64,000 nt of DNA from Escherichia coli (lineage in GTDB: Bacteria; Pseudomonadota; Gammaproteobacteria; Enterobacterales; Enterobacteriaceae). The DNA is taken from the NCBI RefSeq assembly GCF_050920415.1, contig NZ_CP169309.1, one strand, 5' to 3'. The notes beneath the pieces are model-generated. The model worked only from the letters and a program-made list of their open reading frames with translations. It had not been told where the DNA came from and made no database searches. Made by a program: the position numbers and the translations under genes. This document shows, piece after piece, positions 29,441 to 38,414 of the stretch (positions within the stretch are counted from its first letter, which is position 1; every line of letters starts with the position of its first letter).

Positions 29441-30922
29441 TCACCCTCCTATAGCAACATAACAGCCCGATACAGGATTTGCGGCAGTCGCTACGCTGGA
29501 AAAACCACGAAAGCCGCTTTTTGTGATTGCGGAGGCAGATAGTATTCCGGCACCCGAAGGTGTATGCCCCACGTGGCTGGCAACCATCACGTAGCACGCC
29601 GACGGAAAAGCGAAAGGGAAATTGTTTAAATATCCCGCATCATCCCCCAGACTTCCCCCAAACTGCCCCACTCCCCACTGGATAATAAGTGGTCTCCGAA
29701 CGCCAGAAATAATTAATGGAATTGCTACATACCCATTCACCAACATAGCGCCGGTTGTTGCGCCAGCCAGAGCCAATTCCCCCAAACCAAGGTAATCAAG
29801 AACTCCCTGAGTGCTGGTTTTACCAAGAATGGCACGTCCAACACTTGTCAACGCGGTTAACGCGGCACGATCTGCCCCTGTAAAATATGGGAGTTTATCT
29901 GCTGATGTAGCAAGCTCCGCCAGCGCCGTCAGGGTGGCATCCTTCGGTTGCTTACCCGCAAGCGCGTTAGTCATGGTGGTCGCAAAATTCGGGTCATTGC
30001 CCAGCGCCGCAGCCAGTTCGTTCAGCGTGTTCAGTGCATCAGGTGACGAATCTACAAGTGCGGCAATCGCGGCCATAACGAAAGCCGTGCTTGCGATCTG
30101 GGTACTATTAGTCCCCTGTGGCGCTGTTGGTGTTGTTGGCGTTCCGGTCAGTGCCGGGCTGTTTAATGGTGCTTTCTTGCTCGTTTCATCCATTACCGCC
30201 TTAACAGCTTTTGGTGTCGCTGCCAGCGTTTCAGACGTGCTGTTCGTGGCGCTACTGAGCTGAACAATCCCTTTTTGTGTAGTGGTGGCGTTCTGGGCGG
30301 TATATTTCCCGTTAGCCAGGTCATATGCAGCCTTAACCGCTTTCGGTGTTGCGGCCAGTGTTTCTGATTCACTGTTAATTGCACTGCTTAACTGAGTAAA
30401 ACCTTTTACGGTCAGCGAGGCGTCCGGGTGACGTCGTGACTGTTCGTGCTCTGATATTTTATCATCCACATATTTGCGGGTTGCCAGAACCACAGACGGG
30501 TCGATTTTCAGCGTGATGGCTTCGGTGTTCGTGACAACCAGAATCATGCGGATAGTCTGGGTGCGTCCACTGCCTTCCTGCAACTGCGGTTTGTACGTTT
30601 CCGGGCAGTTTGCCACCGCAATGAGTACACCTTCATCATCATAAAGCCCAATCTCACGGATCCAGAATCCTCCCTCGTTTTCAGGGATGATTTGCTCCGC
30701 AATAATCTGGCTCTGATTGTTAGGGTCAACACTCAGAAGATTCAGCGGTGCAATGCGTTTCTGGTTAATCAGTTTTGTTTGTGCAGGGTCTGGTGTTGGT
30801 AACACACCATTTGCATCACCAACGGCCATTTGCGTCAGATTCAGCTTACTGCCGAGCATCGTCGCGTTAGCCAGTCGTGCCGCGCCCTGATTAGTCAGAA
30901 TGGCGTAGTATTTCACTGTCAT
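29441..30922 (-). CDS. tail fibre protein (P2 gpH / Mu S-like); the C-terminal ~112 aa are encoded inside the invertible segment
   Basis: 493 aa with the N-terminus MTVKYYAILTNQGAARLANA.. and repeated SETLAATPKAVKA motifs. Confidence 0.88.
   Translation of the reverse strand: MTVKYYAILTNQGAARLANATMLGSKLNLTQMAVGDANGVLPTPDPAQTKLINQKRIAPLNLLSVDPNNQSQIIAEQIIPENEGGFWIREIGLYDDEGVLIAVANCPETYKPQLQEGSGRTQTIRMILVVTNTEAITLKIDPSVVLATRKYVDDKISEHEQSRRHPDASLTVKGFTQLSSAINSESETLAATPKAVKAAYDLANGKYTAQNATTTQKGIVQLSSATNSTSETLAATPKAVKAVMDETSKKAPLNSPALTGTPTTPTAPQGTNSTQIASTAFVMAAIAALVDSSPDALNTLNELAAALGNDPNFATTMTNALAGKQPKDATLTALAELATSADKLPYFTGADRAALTALTSVGRAILGKTSTQGVLDYLGLGELALAGATTGAMLVNGYVAIPLIISGVRRPLIIQWGVGQFGGSLGDDAGYLNNFPFAFPSACYVMVASHVGHTPSGAGILSASAITKSGFRGFSSVATAANPVSGCYVAIGG
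29777..29802 (-). promoter_or_regulatory. gix-like crossover site inside the tail fibre gene
   Basis: The minus strand reads TTCTTGATTACC-TT-GGTTTGGGGGAA. It is inverted relative to 27959-27984, with the same TT core and a near-identical right half. Confidence 0.8.
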
Positions 30923-31527
30923 GCGTTTACTCTCAGATTATCAATTAAATGAATGGCCGGGGCAGGGAAATAATCCCCTTCGACAATAATGGACTCCGGG
31001 GTGTAGGGATAAACCGTCAGGGCATCGCCGTGATAGCATCCCGTACCAACGAAAATCTTTCCGTTCACACTCAGGCTGATCGCCAGCCCCGTCAGATGGC
31101 GACTTACTGGTTTTGCATCCGCAATAAGGCGCTCAAGTTCCTGATACATTTCATCGGTGATGCCCTGATCAAGTACTCCGACAACAATGCGAAATGTTCC
31201 TGGCTCCTCGTTGAGTTGCCACCACTCCTTTACTTCAATCAGGTAGCCGAGAGGCTCCACGGCTCTTCGCAGTGCGCTGATGGTCCCTTTGTGTCGGTGT
31301 ATCAGCCATGCATCACGAATCACCTGTCGCTTTGTCTCTTCCGGCCAGTTGCGATCCCAGCGGTCAACGGAAAACGCCCAGGCGAGATAAGGCAGCAGAT
31401 GCACCGGGCAGGTGTCCGGCGACCACAGCGTGTTGAGGTCTACCGGAATGTCTGTAATGCGTGTTCCGACGGCTTCGGCACAACGCATGAAATTGCTGGC
31501 TGATGGCGGTAACAGTGAATTACTCAT
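30919..31527 (-). CDS. P2 gpI-like baseplate protein
   Basis: About 202 aa from MSNSLLPPSASNFMR; located between J and H. Confidence 0.82.
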   Translation of the reverse strand: MSNSLLPPSASNFMRCAEAVGTRITDIPVDLNTLWSPDTCPVHLLPYLAWAFSVDRWDRNWPEETKRQVIRDAWLIHRHKGTISALRRAVEPLGYLIEVKEWWQLNEEPGTFRIVVGVLDQGITDEMYQELERLIADAKPVSRHLTGLAISLSVNGKIFVGTGCYHGDALTVYPYTPESIIVEGDYFPAPAIHLIDNLRVNA

Positions 31528-32416
31528 TACGCCCACCTTCGCTGATGGTGAATGACTCACAACGCGCCGCCTGTATGTCGCTGATGGCCATATTCTGTGT
31601 GGGTTCGATTATTTCCACGCGTTGCACACCGTGCACATGCAGTGCGGCAGCAATGGCGGACAACGCCACGTCCTGACCGATAAGCCCCTGTTCAGCCAGC
31701 CACTTCCTGAATGACGATTCCGCCGCGGCCAGAATAGGTTCGGATTCCGGACCGGGGTAAAAGTACAGTTTTGCATTCAGCCGCCATGTCACGATGCTGG
31801 CGCTCTGTACGGTCAGGCGGTCGGCCACCGGGCGGGTATCCTCTGCATTCAGAACGGCGCGAACGGTATTAAGCAACGCCTCCGTTGCTGTGCCGTCGCC
31901 TTCAGTGGACAGGATGGAAACCGTCACATTTGCCGGAGACGGACTGATAGCCCGCGCATCACGCACCAGACCGCTGGCGCTGCGGGCAAAATACTCGTAT
32001 GCACCTGACGGGCCAGCAACACTCAGGCCGTCGTACGCCCGTTGCGCCCGCAGTCTCAGCGAGGTGTCGCTTTCCATCACCGCGTCGGTGGTATCCGTTG
32101 CCGGAGTGATAACCAGGCGCTTTGTGTTCATATTGCCTGCGAGGTTGTCCAGGTCTGTCCCGGCGCTGTGGCTTAACATGCAGGCGCGTGCACCCTCATT
32201 GACCCGCTGGCGTAACAGCATTTCACGAAACGACATGGTTTGAGCGATAACGTTAAGGGGTTCCGATTCCAGCTCCAGCGCGGCGGAGACGGCTTCACGC
32301 TGTTCGGCAGGATAGGACGCAATCATCATGGCCTTTGTGTCAGCCAGAATTGCCTCAAAGTCAGGCTCCGCGATGATGGCGGGTTCCGGTAACTGTGAAA
32401 GGTCAACGGCGGGCAT
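31520..32416 (-). CDS. P2 gpJ-like baseplate protein
   Basis: 298 aa in the P2 position. Confidence 0.85.
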   Translation of the reverse strand: MPAVDLSQLPEPAIIAEPDFEAILADTKAMMIASYPAEQREAVSAALELESEPLNVIAQTMSFREMLLRQRVNEGARACMLSHSAGTDLDNLAGNMNTKRLVITPATDTTDAVMESDTSLRLRAQRAYDGLSVAGPSGAYEYFARSASGLVRDARAISPSPANVTVSILSTEGDGTATEALLNTVRAVLNAEDTRPVADRLTVQSASIVTWRLNAKLYFYPGPESEPILAAAESSFRKWLAEQGLIGQDVALSAIAAALHVHGVQRVEIIEPTQNMAISDIQAARCESFTISEGGRNE

Positions 32417-32419
32417 GAT

Positions 32420-32770
32420 TTACTCCCTCAGCGTGATGGTTAATTCAACATTCTGCATGGTCTGCATGACAGTGCCCGACAGCGTCACCCCGGCGCGGCC
32501 TCCCGCTTTCCAGACAACGTCGATGGCATCCAGGGCAATGCGGGGTTCCCATCGTGTCAGCGCAATCACGGCAGCACTCATGCATTGCAGACGCGTGGTG
32601 TTATTCATGGGTTCGTCAATCAAATCAGGCACAAGGCTGCCATATTCCCGTCGCATAACCCGGCTTGCCAGCGGGGTGGTCAGGATGTCCCTGGCTGACT
32701 GTTTCAGGTGCTCCATATCGTTCAGGTTTCCCGTTCCGTCCGGGTTCATTCCTGTGTAGCGGGTTGTCAC
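32420..32770 (-). CDS. P2 gpW-like baseplate wedge (gp25 family)
   Basis: 116 aa in the P2 position. Confidence 0.85.
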   Translation of the reverse strand: MTTRYTGMNPDGTGNLNDMEHLKQSARDILTTPLASRVMRREYGSLVPDLIDEPMNNTTRLQCMSAAVIALTRWEPRIALDAIDVVWKAGGRAGVTLSGTVMQTMQNVELTITLRE

Positions 32771-33348
32771 TGCGGGCCTCCTGTCGAATCGCTGCCACCT
32801 TTCACGCCACCGTGTTTATGCGTATGCACGGTAATGCCGTTTGAGGTGAAATTGCCGCCGCTGTGCGTGATATTGCCGCTCATCTTTCCCCCTTTTGTGA
32901 CGTCAAGCGTCGCCGTTCTCAGAAGGTCTGTGCATTCCACGACGGGCGTGTCCAGTGTCACGCTGACGGATGCCTGTAAAGTGGCCGTTTTCATGCCGCT
33001 GGCGCTCAGTGCGCCTGCGTCCGCGTCGTAGCGGAACACCGCGCCGTCCGGCGCGCTGATCACGATTTCTTTCAGGCTTTTGCCGGGGGCCGGATTGGCA
33101 TCACTCCACAGGCTGCCAATTATCATGGCGGTTTCCGGGTTGCCGCCAATGCAGGCAATTACCACCTGTTCGCCTGGTGATGGCGGCAGCCACACATTGA
33201 AGGCTCCCGCGCGCGTGGTGTTCCAGCGCAGCCAGCCTGTTTCCAGTTCGCCGCTGCGAACGCGCACGCGCCAGGACTTCTCATCAACTTCAGAGATGAT
33301 CCCGGTGCGGATGATATTGCTCAGCAGTCGCATGAGTTCTGCGCTCAC
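32767..33348 (-). CDS. P2 gpV-like baseplate spike
   Basis: 193 aa, ..IRTGIISEVDEKSWRVRVRSGELETGWL.. Confidence 0.85.
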   Translation of the reverse strand: MSAELMRLLSNIIRTGIISEVDEKSWRVRVRSGELETGWLRWNTTRAGAFNVWLPPSPGEQVVIACIGGNPETAMIIGSLWSDANPAPGKSLKEIVISAPDGAVFRYDADAGALSASGMKTATLQASVSVTLDTPVVECTDLLRTATLDVTKGGKMSGNITHSGGNFTSNGITVHTHKHGGVKGGSDSTGGPQ

Positions 33349-33989
33349 CGTACAGCCTCCGCAATCCGGCCCAGCACCGTGTTATAAATCAGGCGTTCAT
33401 CTGCCTGACTGATGCCCAACAGCTCACGTACCGGGTAATCGGTGAAAATGCCCGGCGCAACCTGATCGCGCTCACCGAACTGATGAACGCGTGCAATACG
33501 TGCGGCCACGCCGCTGTAACCCACCGTCACACCGGAAGCATCTGCACGGGCTTTCAGGTAGCGGGCGGTGCGCAGTTTTACGAACATGGGGACGCGCTTT
33601 GTGCTGTCCTGGTTGATGCGCCGGGTGCGTATTTCCAGAAAGCGGTCGATGTCATCCCGGTAAAACGTGCGGATGCTGTTTTTATCCTCATCCCACCCGG
33701 TGATGGTTCGCCCGTATTTCCCCGTGTCGTGATGCCAGTTTTTCAGCGTGCGTGCTTCGTTATTCCAGATAAAGCGAATGCGCTCCTGTATCCTGGTTAC
33801 GCGGCGTCTGCGTGGTGTCCATGCAGTCCCGTCCGGCGCTTTCTGTGACCGGATACGTGCCTGCTGGGCGCGACGTAAATCCTGTGCCAGCTTTCTGGCG
33901 ATGTTATTGATGGCCTGCTGATTCAGGCTGTCGCGGATAGCCTCAAAGGTTTCATCCACGCGGGTGAATGCCTTATCCATCGCTTTCAC
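33345..33989 (-). CDS. P2 gpS-like tail completion / virion morphogenesis protein
   Basis: 214-aa ORF (the start may be the internal MDKAF); position after R. Confidence 0.75.
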   Translation of the reverse strand: MKAMDKAFTRVDETFEAIRDSLNQQAINNIARKLAQDLRRAQQARIRSQKAPDGTAWTPRRRRVTRIQERIRFIWNNEARTLKNWHHDTGKYGRTITGWDEDKNSIRTFYRDDIDRFLEIRTRRINQDSTKRVPMFVKLRTARYLKARADASGVTVGYSGVAARIARVHQFGERDQVAPGIFTDYPVRELLGISQADERLIYNTVLGRIAEAVR

Positions 33990-34440
33990 CCCACGTCACA
34001 TCCTGGAATACATGCGACCAGTCGCCTTCGGAAGAGGGCAGACGGGGTTTTGGCTCCGGCAGGTGTTCTGCCTGCGGTGTCCCCTGACTGCTGCGCGTGA
34101 TGCGAACGCGTTCCCGCAGAGGGAGCGTAAACAGGAGATCGGCGCTGTCATCGTCATTGATAACGGCGGAGAATTTGATGTCCTGATTACGCTCCGGATT
34201 GAGCAACAATTGCGGCTGATTTTCGGATAACCACGCCAGTAGCGGCAGCGTGAGGTCGTCCAGCTCCCCGGCGTAATCCATGACAAACATCACCATCTGA
34301 TAGCGGTAAACAAACGAGGGCGTTTCTCCGGTCGTTTCAATGTTGCCGCTCTCCACGAAAATGGTGAATTTTTCCGGGTTGGCCTGACACCATCGGCATG
34401 AACGGGTCATGGCTTCACGCAGGGAATCAGTTTTCAGCAT
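33973..34440 (-). CDS. P2 gpR-like tail completion protein
   Basis: 155 aa, the same length as P2 gpR, in the same position. Confidence 0.8.
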   Translation of the reverse strand: MLKTDSLREAMTRSCRWCQANPEKFTIFVESGNIETTGETPSFVYRYQMVMFVMDYAGELDDLTLPLLAWLSENQPQLLLNPERNQDIKFSAVINDDDSADLLFTLPLRERVRITRSSQGTPQAEHLPEPKPRLPSSEGDWSHVFQDVTWGESDG

Positions 34441-34717
34441 GGTTGTTGTCCTCGTTGTTCAGTCGTTGCAGCCTGCGCTGTTCCAGTAATTCAATGGCCC
34501 GTTTATCCGCGTTACAGGTTTCCAGTGCATCCAGAAGGCGGTCGCCCCATATACCGAGATTTCCCCATGTGGGAGGGTCAGGGAAGGGGGGCGGCGTTAC
34601 CGGAATGGTCAGCGTCTGCGGTATAAGCCGGACTGACGGCGCTGGCAGTGGCGCGTTCTGCGTGCCTGCGCAGCCTGTCAGTAAAACGAGCGTCAGGCAA
34701 AGCGTGGGCGCATTCAT
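34427..34717 (-). CDS. o-spanin (outer-membrane lipoprotein, LysC/Rz1 analog)
   Basis: 96 aa from MNAPTLCLTLVLLTGC (lipobox), Pro-rich. It starts inside the i-spanin gene in another frame and extends past its end (overlapped architecture). Confidence 0.75.
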   Translation of the reverse strand: MNAPTLCLTLVLLTGCAGTQNAPLPAPSVRLIPQTLTIPVTPPPFPDPPTWGNLGIWGDRLLDALETCNADKRAIELLEQRRLQRLNNEDNNHAEN

Positions 34718-34985
34718 CTTTTGCAATATCGTTGCGTAGCTGTTCACGTCTTACCTCTCCGTCCTGATTGCGTTGCTGATTTTCCACGCGGAGTTGCGCC
34801 AGCACCTGCTGCATATCCTGTACCCCGGCGCTGATGATATTCAGGGTGTCGGCGGTACTTTTCAGGGTGCTGGCCTGCGCTTCGTTTCTGGCGTTCTCCC
34901 GGCCCAGCGACCACGACAGACGCATGGATGTTCCCCATCCGGCAATCAGAAGGAAAGCGACGCCAAGCGTGGGCCAGAGCTTCAT
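34578..34985 (-). CDS. i-spanin (LysB/Rz analog)
   Basis: 135 aa from MKLWPTLGVAFLLIAGWG (N-terminal TM helix) followed by coiled coil. The ATGA overlaps the endolysin stop. Confidence 0.7.
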   Translation of the reverse strand: MKLWPTLGVAFLLIAGWGTSMRLSWSLGRENARNEAQASTLKSTADTLNIISAGVQDMQQVLAQLRVENQQRNQDGEVRREQLRNDIAKDECAHALPDARFTDRLRRHAERATASAVSPAYTADADHSGNAAPLP

Positions 34986-35374
34986 GCCGGATAGGCTCCG
35001 TGTGGTAACTGAAAATGCGGTCCGTCTTTCAGGGTCTTCCAGTCGCCGCCCCATTCCACCGGAATATTCAGCTCCCGGCTGGCCTGTCTGAATGCTGCTG
35101 CGATTTTTTCGTACAGCGGCCATTCCCATGACACCTGGCTGCCGACATAAGCCACAACATCCACGGCATGCCCCGTAAGGTGGCGGCTGTTCATGGTCTG
35201 GCTCTTACCTGTGGCCACAAGTTGCTTCTGGCGGTAACGGCTGCGCAACCCTTCGGTGATACCAAAATCCACTTCCGAGATTTCCAGTGCCCGTCGGGTC
35301 ACTTTCACCAGATCAGGATTTACGCCCTGCAAATTCTTTTCGCTCCGGCTGCTGAATTTAAATGTGTTGCTCAT
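34982..35374 (-). CDS. endolysin, peptidase M15 (L-Ala-D-Glu / D-Ala-D-Ala peptidase type), not the P2 gpK lysozyme type
   Basis: 130 aa with ..SRHLTGHAVDVVAY.. (Zn-binding H..D motif of the M15/VanY-like fold). Confidence 0.8.
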   Translation of the reverse strand: MSNTFKFSSRSEKNLQGVNPDLVKVTRRALEISEVDFGITEGLRSRYRQKQLVATGKSQTMNSRHLTGHAVDVVAYVGSQVSWEWPLYEKIAAAFRQASRELNIPVEWGGDWKTLKDGPHFQLPHGAYPA

Positions 35375-35694
35375 TCGTCCTTCTCCTTCACCCTGCGATT
35401 AAAGGCCGCAATAACCTTGTCGCGTGCTTTCTCTGCGCCCATAAAACCGATTGATGCGCCGATAAACGTCACGGCATCTTCAGGAAACCCGAAGAAGCGC
35501 AACGACCCGGCCACGGCCATGGCAAGAACGCCGCACGCCAGCGATCCCGTTACGGTCTGAACCAGTGTTCGTCCGTCATAAAGACTCATCAGCGCGGAAA
35601 TGCTGACTGCCGCGCCTACTGCATACACCGTTGGCAGGTGGTCAAAGAGCCACGCAATAACCTGCTCTGTGATCCCTGTTTGAATGGTGCTCAC
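35371..35694 (-). CDS. holin (three predicted TM segments)
   Basis: 107 aa with a GTG start (VSTIQTGITEQVIAWLF..) 2 nt after the gpX stop, behind a GGGGGGAG SD. The listed 180-aa ORF is an out-of-context extension. Confidence 0.7.
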   Translation of the reverse strand: MSTIQTGITEQVIAWLFDHLPTVYAVGAAVSISALMSLYDGRTLVQTVTGSLACGVLAMAVAGSLRFFGFPEDAVTFIGASIGFMGAEKARDKVIAAFNRRVKEKDE

Positions 35695-35696
35695 TG

Positions 35697-35903
35697 CTAC
35701 TCCCCCCACAACTGAATCATTTCTCGTTTCTTCTTCTCCGGCTCCGGCATCTCCACGTCCTGCCCGGCGTCCAGAAATACCTGCTGACAGAGTCCGGGGT
35801 TGGCATCCAGCACCTTTTCGGTGACGCCCTGCGTCGTGCCGTAGTACCGGAAACAGAGCGAATCCACGGTGTCGCCTTCCAGTGCCTTCACTTTCATCAG
35901 CAC
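35697..35903 (-). CDS. P2 gpX-like tail protein (LysM-like)
   Basis: 68 aa, ..KALEGDTVDSLCFRYYGTTQGVTEKVLDANPGL.. Confidence 0.82.
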   Translation of the reverse strand: MLMKVKALEGDTVDSLCFRYYGTTQGVTEKVLDANPGLCQQVFLDAGQDVEMPEPEKKKREMIQLWGE

Positions 35904-36400
35904 AGCTCCGCAAAGATTCGCGGGCGGCGCAGAATGTCAGAGATGGCCCAGCTCACATCGCGCCACAAATCCGATGTCTGTATATCCAGTGCGTCCGCGC
36001 GGCGGTCGCCCTTATCCGTTGTGTCCGCATCGCGGTAACGCTCCAGAATCAGGGCGCGTGTGGCGGTATAAACGGCATTGCGCCAGTGCCAGAGATTGAC
36101 GCTTTCTCCGTTAATTACGGGTGCCGGAACATCGGCCAGCGTCTGATGGCCAGCCGCCTGTTGTTCCTGCTGCCACGCTTCCAGCTCGCGGGTAACGTGT
36201 GCCACGGCCCCGGTGGCGGTATGCAGCAGGCGGGAGGTGGTCACACGGCCCGGCAGTCGTATCGCCAGACGCAGCTCACGCAGCACAATATCCGGCCAGA
36301 ATGCGCCCGCTGAAATACGGGTATCACCATCATCGGTATCGGTGATGTCGTCCTCTGCGGGTCCGGGGTTGGTTCTGGCAACCATACTCATGGGGTTCAC
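35897..36400 (-). CDS. P2 gpL-like head completion protein
   Basis: 167 aa in the P2 position. Confidence 0.82.
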   Translation of the reverse strand: MNPMSMVARTNPGPAEDDITDTDDGDTRISAGAFWPDIVLRELRLAIRLPGRVTTSRLLHTATGAVAHVTRELEAWQQEQQAAGHQTLADVPAPVINGESVNLWHWRNAVYTATRALILERYRDADTTDKGDRRADALDIQTSDLWRDVSWAISDILRRPRIFAELC

Positions 36401-36492
36401 TCCTGAAAAAATCGGGCGGTGGGTGCGCGGTGTAAACGGTCACGGAGTCAAACCGGAACACCGCGCACGCCGCCCGCTGACGGGGTCAGTCG

Positions 36493-37293
36493 TTAACCGC
36501 GCTTCGCCTTCTGCGTCGCGGTGGTTTTTCGTGTTGCAGGCTTCCGCGTTGTTTTTTTACTTTTGCTGCTTTCGTCCTGCGTCTGCGGTGTGCTGGCATC
36601 TTCTGGTGCGGCTGCGGAATCAGCTTTCTTCAGGGCGCGGGAAAGGGTTGCAATCTCGCGTTTCACACCTGCGTTCGGGTTCAGGTGCATCGCTTCGCGC
36701 AGCAGCTTCAGTGATGAGGCCATGCTGTCCGCATCACTCAGGCCACGGCGGGCAAAGGCGCACGCCTTGCATAATTTGGCGCGCACTTCGTCCGGCATAT
36801 CCTGGTTGGCGACAATTTCCCAAAGTGTGTCCAGTGGTTCGATAAAGGTGGACAAATCCGCGTCGGCATCCGTCCCGGCCTGCGTCAGTACCGGGTTGCA
36901 GATTTCTTCGGTCAGTACCGTGGCAGCAGTACGGCCAAAGTTATCCGGCATGATGAGGTTGTGACGGACCACATACGCACCAATACGCAGCGCAAGCGGA
37001 AGATCGCCGCAGTCAATCGCCCACACCATCAGCGTGGCAATCACTTCGTCCTGCTGCCCGCCGTCAGCCTCCAGCGTTCCCTCAATCCAGCCGGAAAAAT
37101 CCGGCAACAACTCTTTTTTGATGGCGGCTTTCGCGCTTCTTGCCTGTACGCCCTTAAGCCGGGCCTGTGCCAGACGCAGACGATACAGCACCTCTTCATG
37201 CGCGGTACGCGCGGCGTGGTCCACGCCTTCATTCGCCCGGCCTGCGCGCTGTGCCATCACGTTCTGCCAGTGTTGCTGTGCAGGAGTAATCAT
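36493..37293 (-). CDS. P2 gpM-like terminase small (endonuclease) subunit
   Basis: 266 aa in the P2 position, with a basic C-terminal tail. Confidence 0.82.
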   Translation of the reverse strand: MITPAQQHWQNVMAQRAGRANEGVDHAARTAHEEVLYRLRLAQARLKGVQARSAKAAIKKELLPDFSGWIEGTLEADGGQQDEVIATLMVWAIDCGDLPLALRIGAYVVRHNLIMPDNFGRTAATVLTEEICNPVLTQAGTDADADLSTFIEPLDTLWEIVANQDMPDEVRAKLCKACAFARRGLSDADSMASSLKLLREAMHLNPNAGVKREIATLSRALKKADSAAAPEDASTPQTQDESSKSKKTTRKPATRKTTATQKAKRG

Positions 37294-37338
37294 TTTTTCT
37301 CTCCGTTACAGGCGGGCATGATGCCCGCCGTGAGTTGA

Positions 37339-38391
37339 TTAGCTGTCGGCGAACTTCAGGCCAGTGACCATCGCGCACTTGCCATAGTCTTCAACGACAT
37401 AAGCGTCATTGATGGACTGGTAGGTGGCGATGCGGTTGTATTCCGGTTCGTCTTTCATCAGACGACGCATTGAACCTTTCTGCCAGTAAATCGACAGGTT
37501 GTTGAACGAGGTGATCAGCATCGTTGAATCCGGGAAGAACGGCGCAAGGAACACGCCCAGCCCGCCAATGGTGCGCGATGACAGAATGAGCTGCCCGGCG
37601 AGTAATTCCGCATTGGGATTCTGGCCGCTGATGCTGTTCAGCACGGGCAGACGCAGCGAGTTAAACAGGTTGCGCCCCATAATCACCACGAGGTCGTCAG
37701 CTTCCTTGTGCCATTCATCCAGCAGGGATGAGCGCGCGTCCTGTACCAGTGCATCAGCGTTCGCATACTTACCCGCGTGCGCCACGGTGTTGTCCATGTT
37801 ACGGGAGGTCAGCGTCACGTCATTCATAACGCGTTCGCTGGCGTCGGTTCTGATGTGCTCCAGCCAGCCCACGTTAACGTCCTGAAGCAACTTGTTGGTG
37901 CTGAAGTTAGACTCATCCGCGTGAGACGTGCCGTTGAAACCGATCATGATGCGGTCAAGTGCCACCTGTCGGGCAATCTGTGCGCTGATGCGGGACTGAA
38001 AATCAGGGTGTGCCGCCCAGGCATCAAGCTGCGGATATGAAATAAACGTGTCGTAGTTCACCTGTTCGCACTGGTATTTGCGGTTTTTCAGATCAACCAC
38101 GTTATTCGGGTTACGGCGTTTTGTGCCGTCATAACTGGTATTCGTGCGCGCAATCGGCCCGGTGGTATCCGGGAGGATTTTTTCGCCTTTCTGGTCGGTC
38201 ACGCCGATCACGTTAATTCTTTTTGTAAATTCGGTGCTTTCCTTTGAGGCGTTTTCAAAACGCTGCTGTACCGAGGGTTCCACGGTAAATCGCGATACCA
38301 GTGCGGAAACCGGGATATTGTTAAGCGACGCCTGCTGCGCCATATAGCAACCCAGCTTGTTGCGGGTAATATCTGACATCACCAGATTCAT
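37339..38391 (-). CDS. P2 gpN-like major capsid protein
   Basis: 350 aa in the P2 position. Confidence 0.88.
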   Translation of the reverse strand: MNLVMSDITRNKLGCYMAQQASLNNIPVSALVSRFTVEPSVQQRFENASKESTEFTKRINVIGVTDQKGEKILPDTTGPIARTNTSYDGTKRRNPNNVVDLKNRKYQCEQVNYDTFISYPQLDAWAAHPDFQSRISAQIARQVALDRIMIGFNGTSHADESNFSTNKLLQDVNVGWLEHIRTDASERVMNDVTLTSRNMDNTVAHAGKYANADALVQDARSSLLDEWHKEADDLVVIMGRNLFNSLRLPVLNSISGQNPNAELLAGQLILSSRTIGGLGVFLAPFFPDSTMLITSFNNLSIYWQKGSMRRLMKDEPEYNRIATYQSINDAYVVEDYGKCAMVTGLKFADS

Positions 38392-38414
38392 AAAAAATTT
38401 GCTCCTTTGTCTTA

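Larger units (their letters stand above)
27959..29802. mobile_element. invertible tail-fibre host-range segment (Mu G / P1 C / e14 P type), about 1.84 kb
   Basis: Bounded by inverted 26-bp gix-like sites. Contains two convergent cassettes, each a fibre C-terminus plus a tfa gene. The invertase gene lies immediately outside. Confidence 0.85.
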
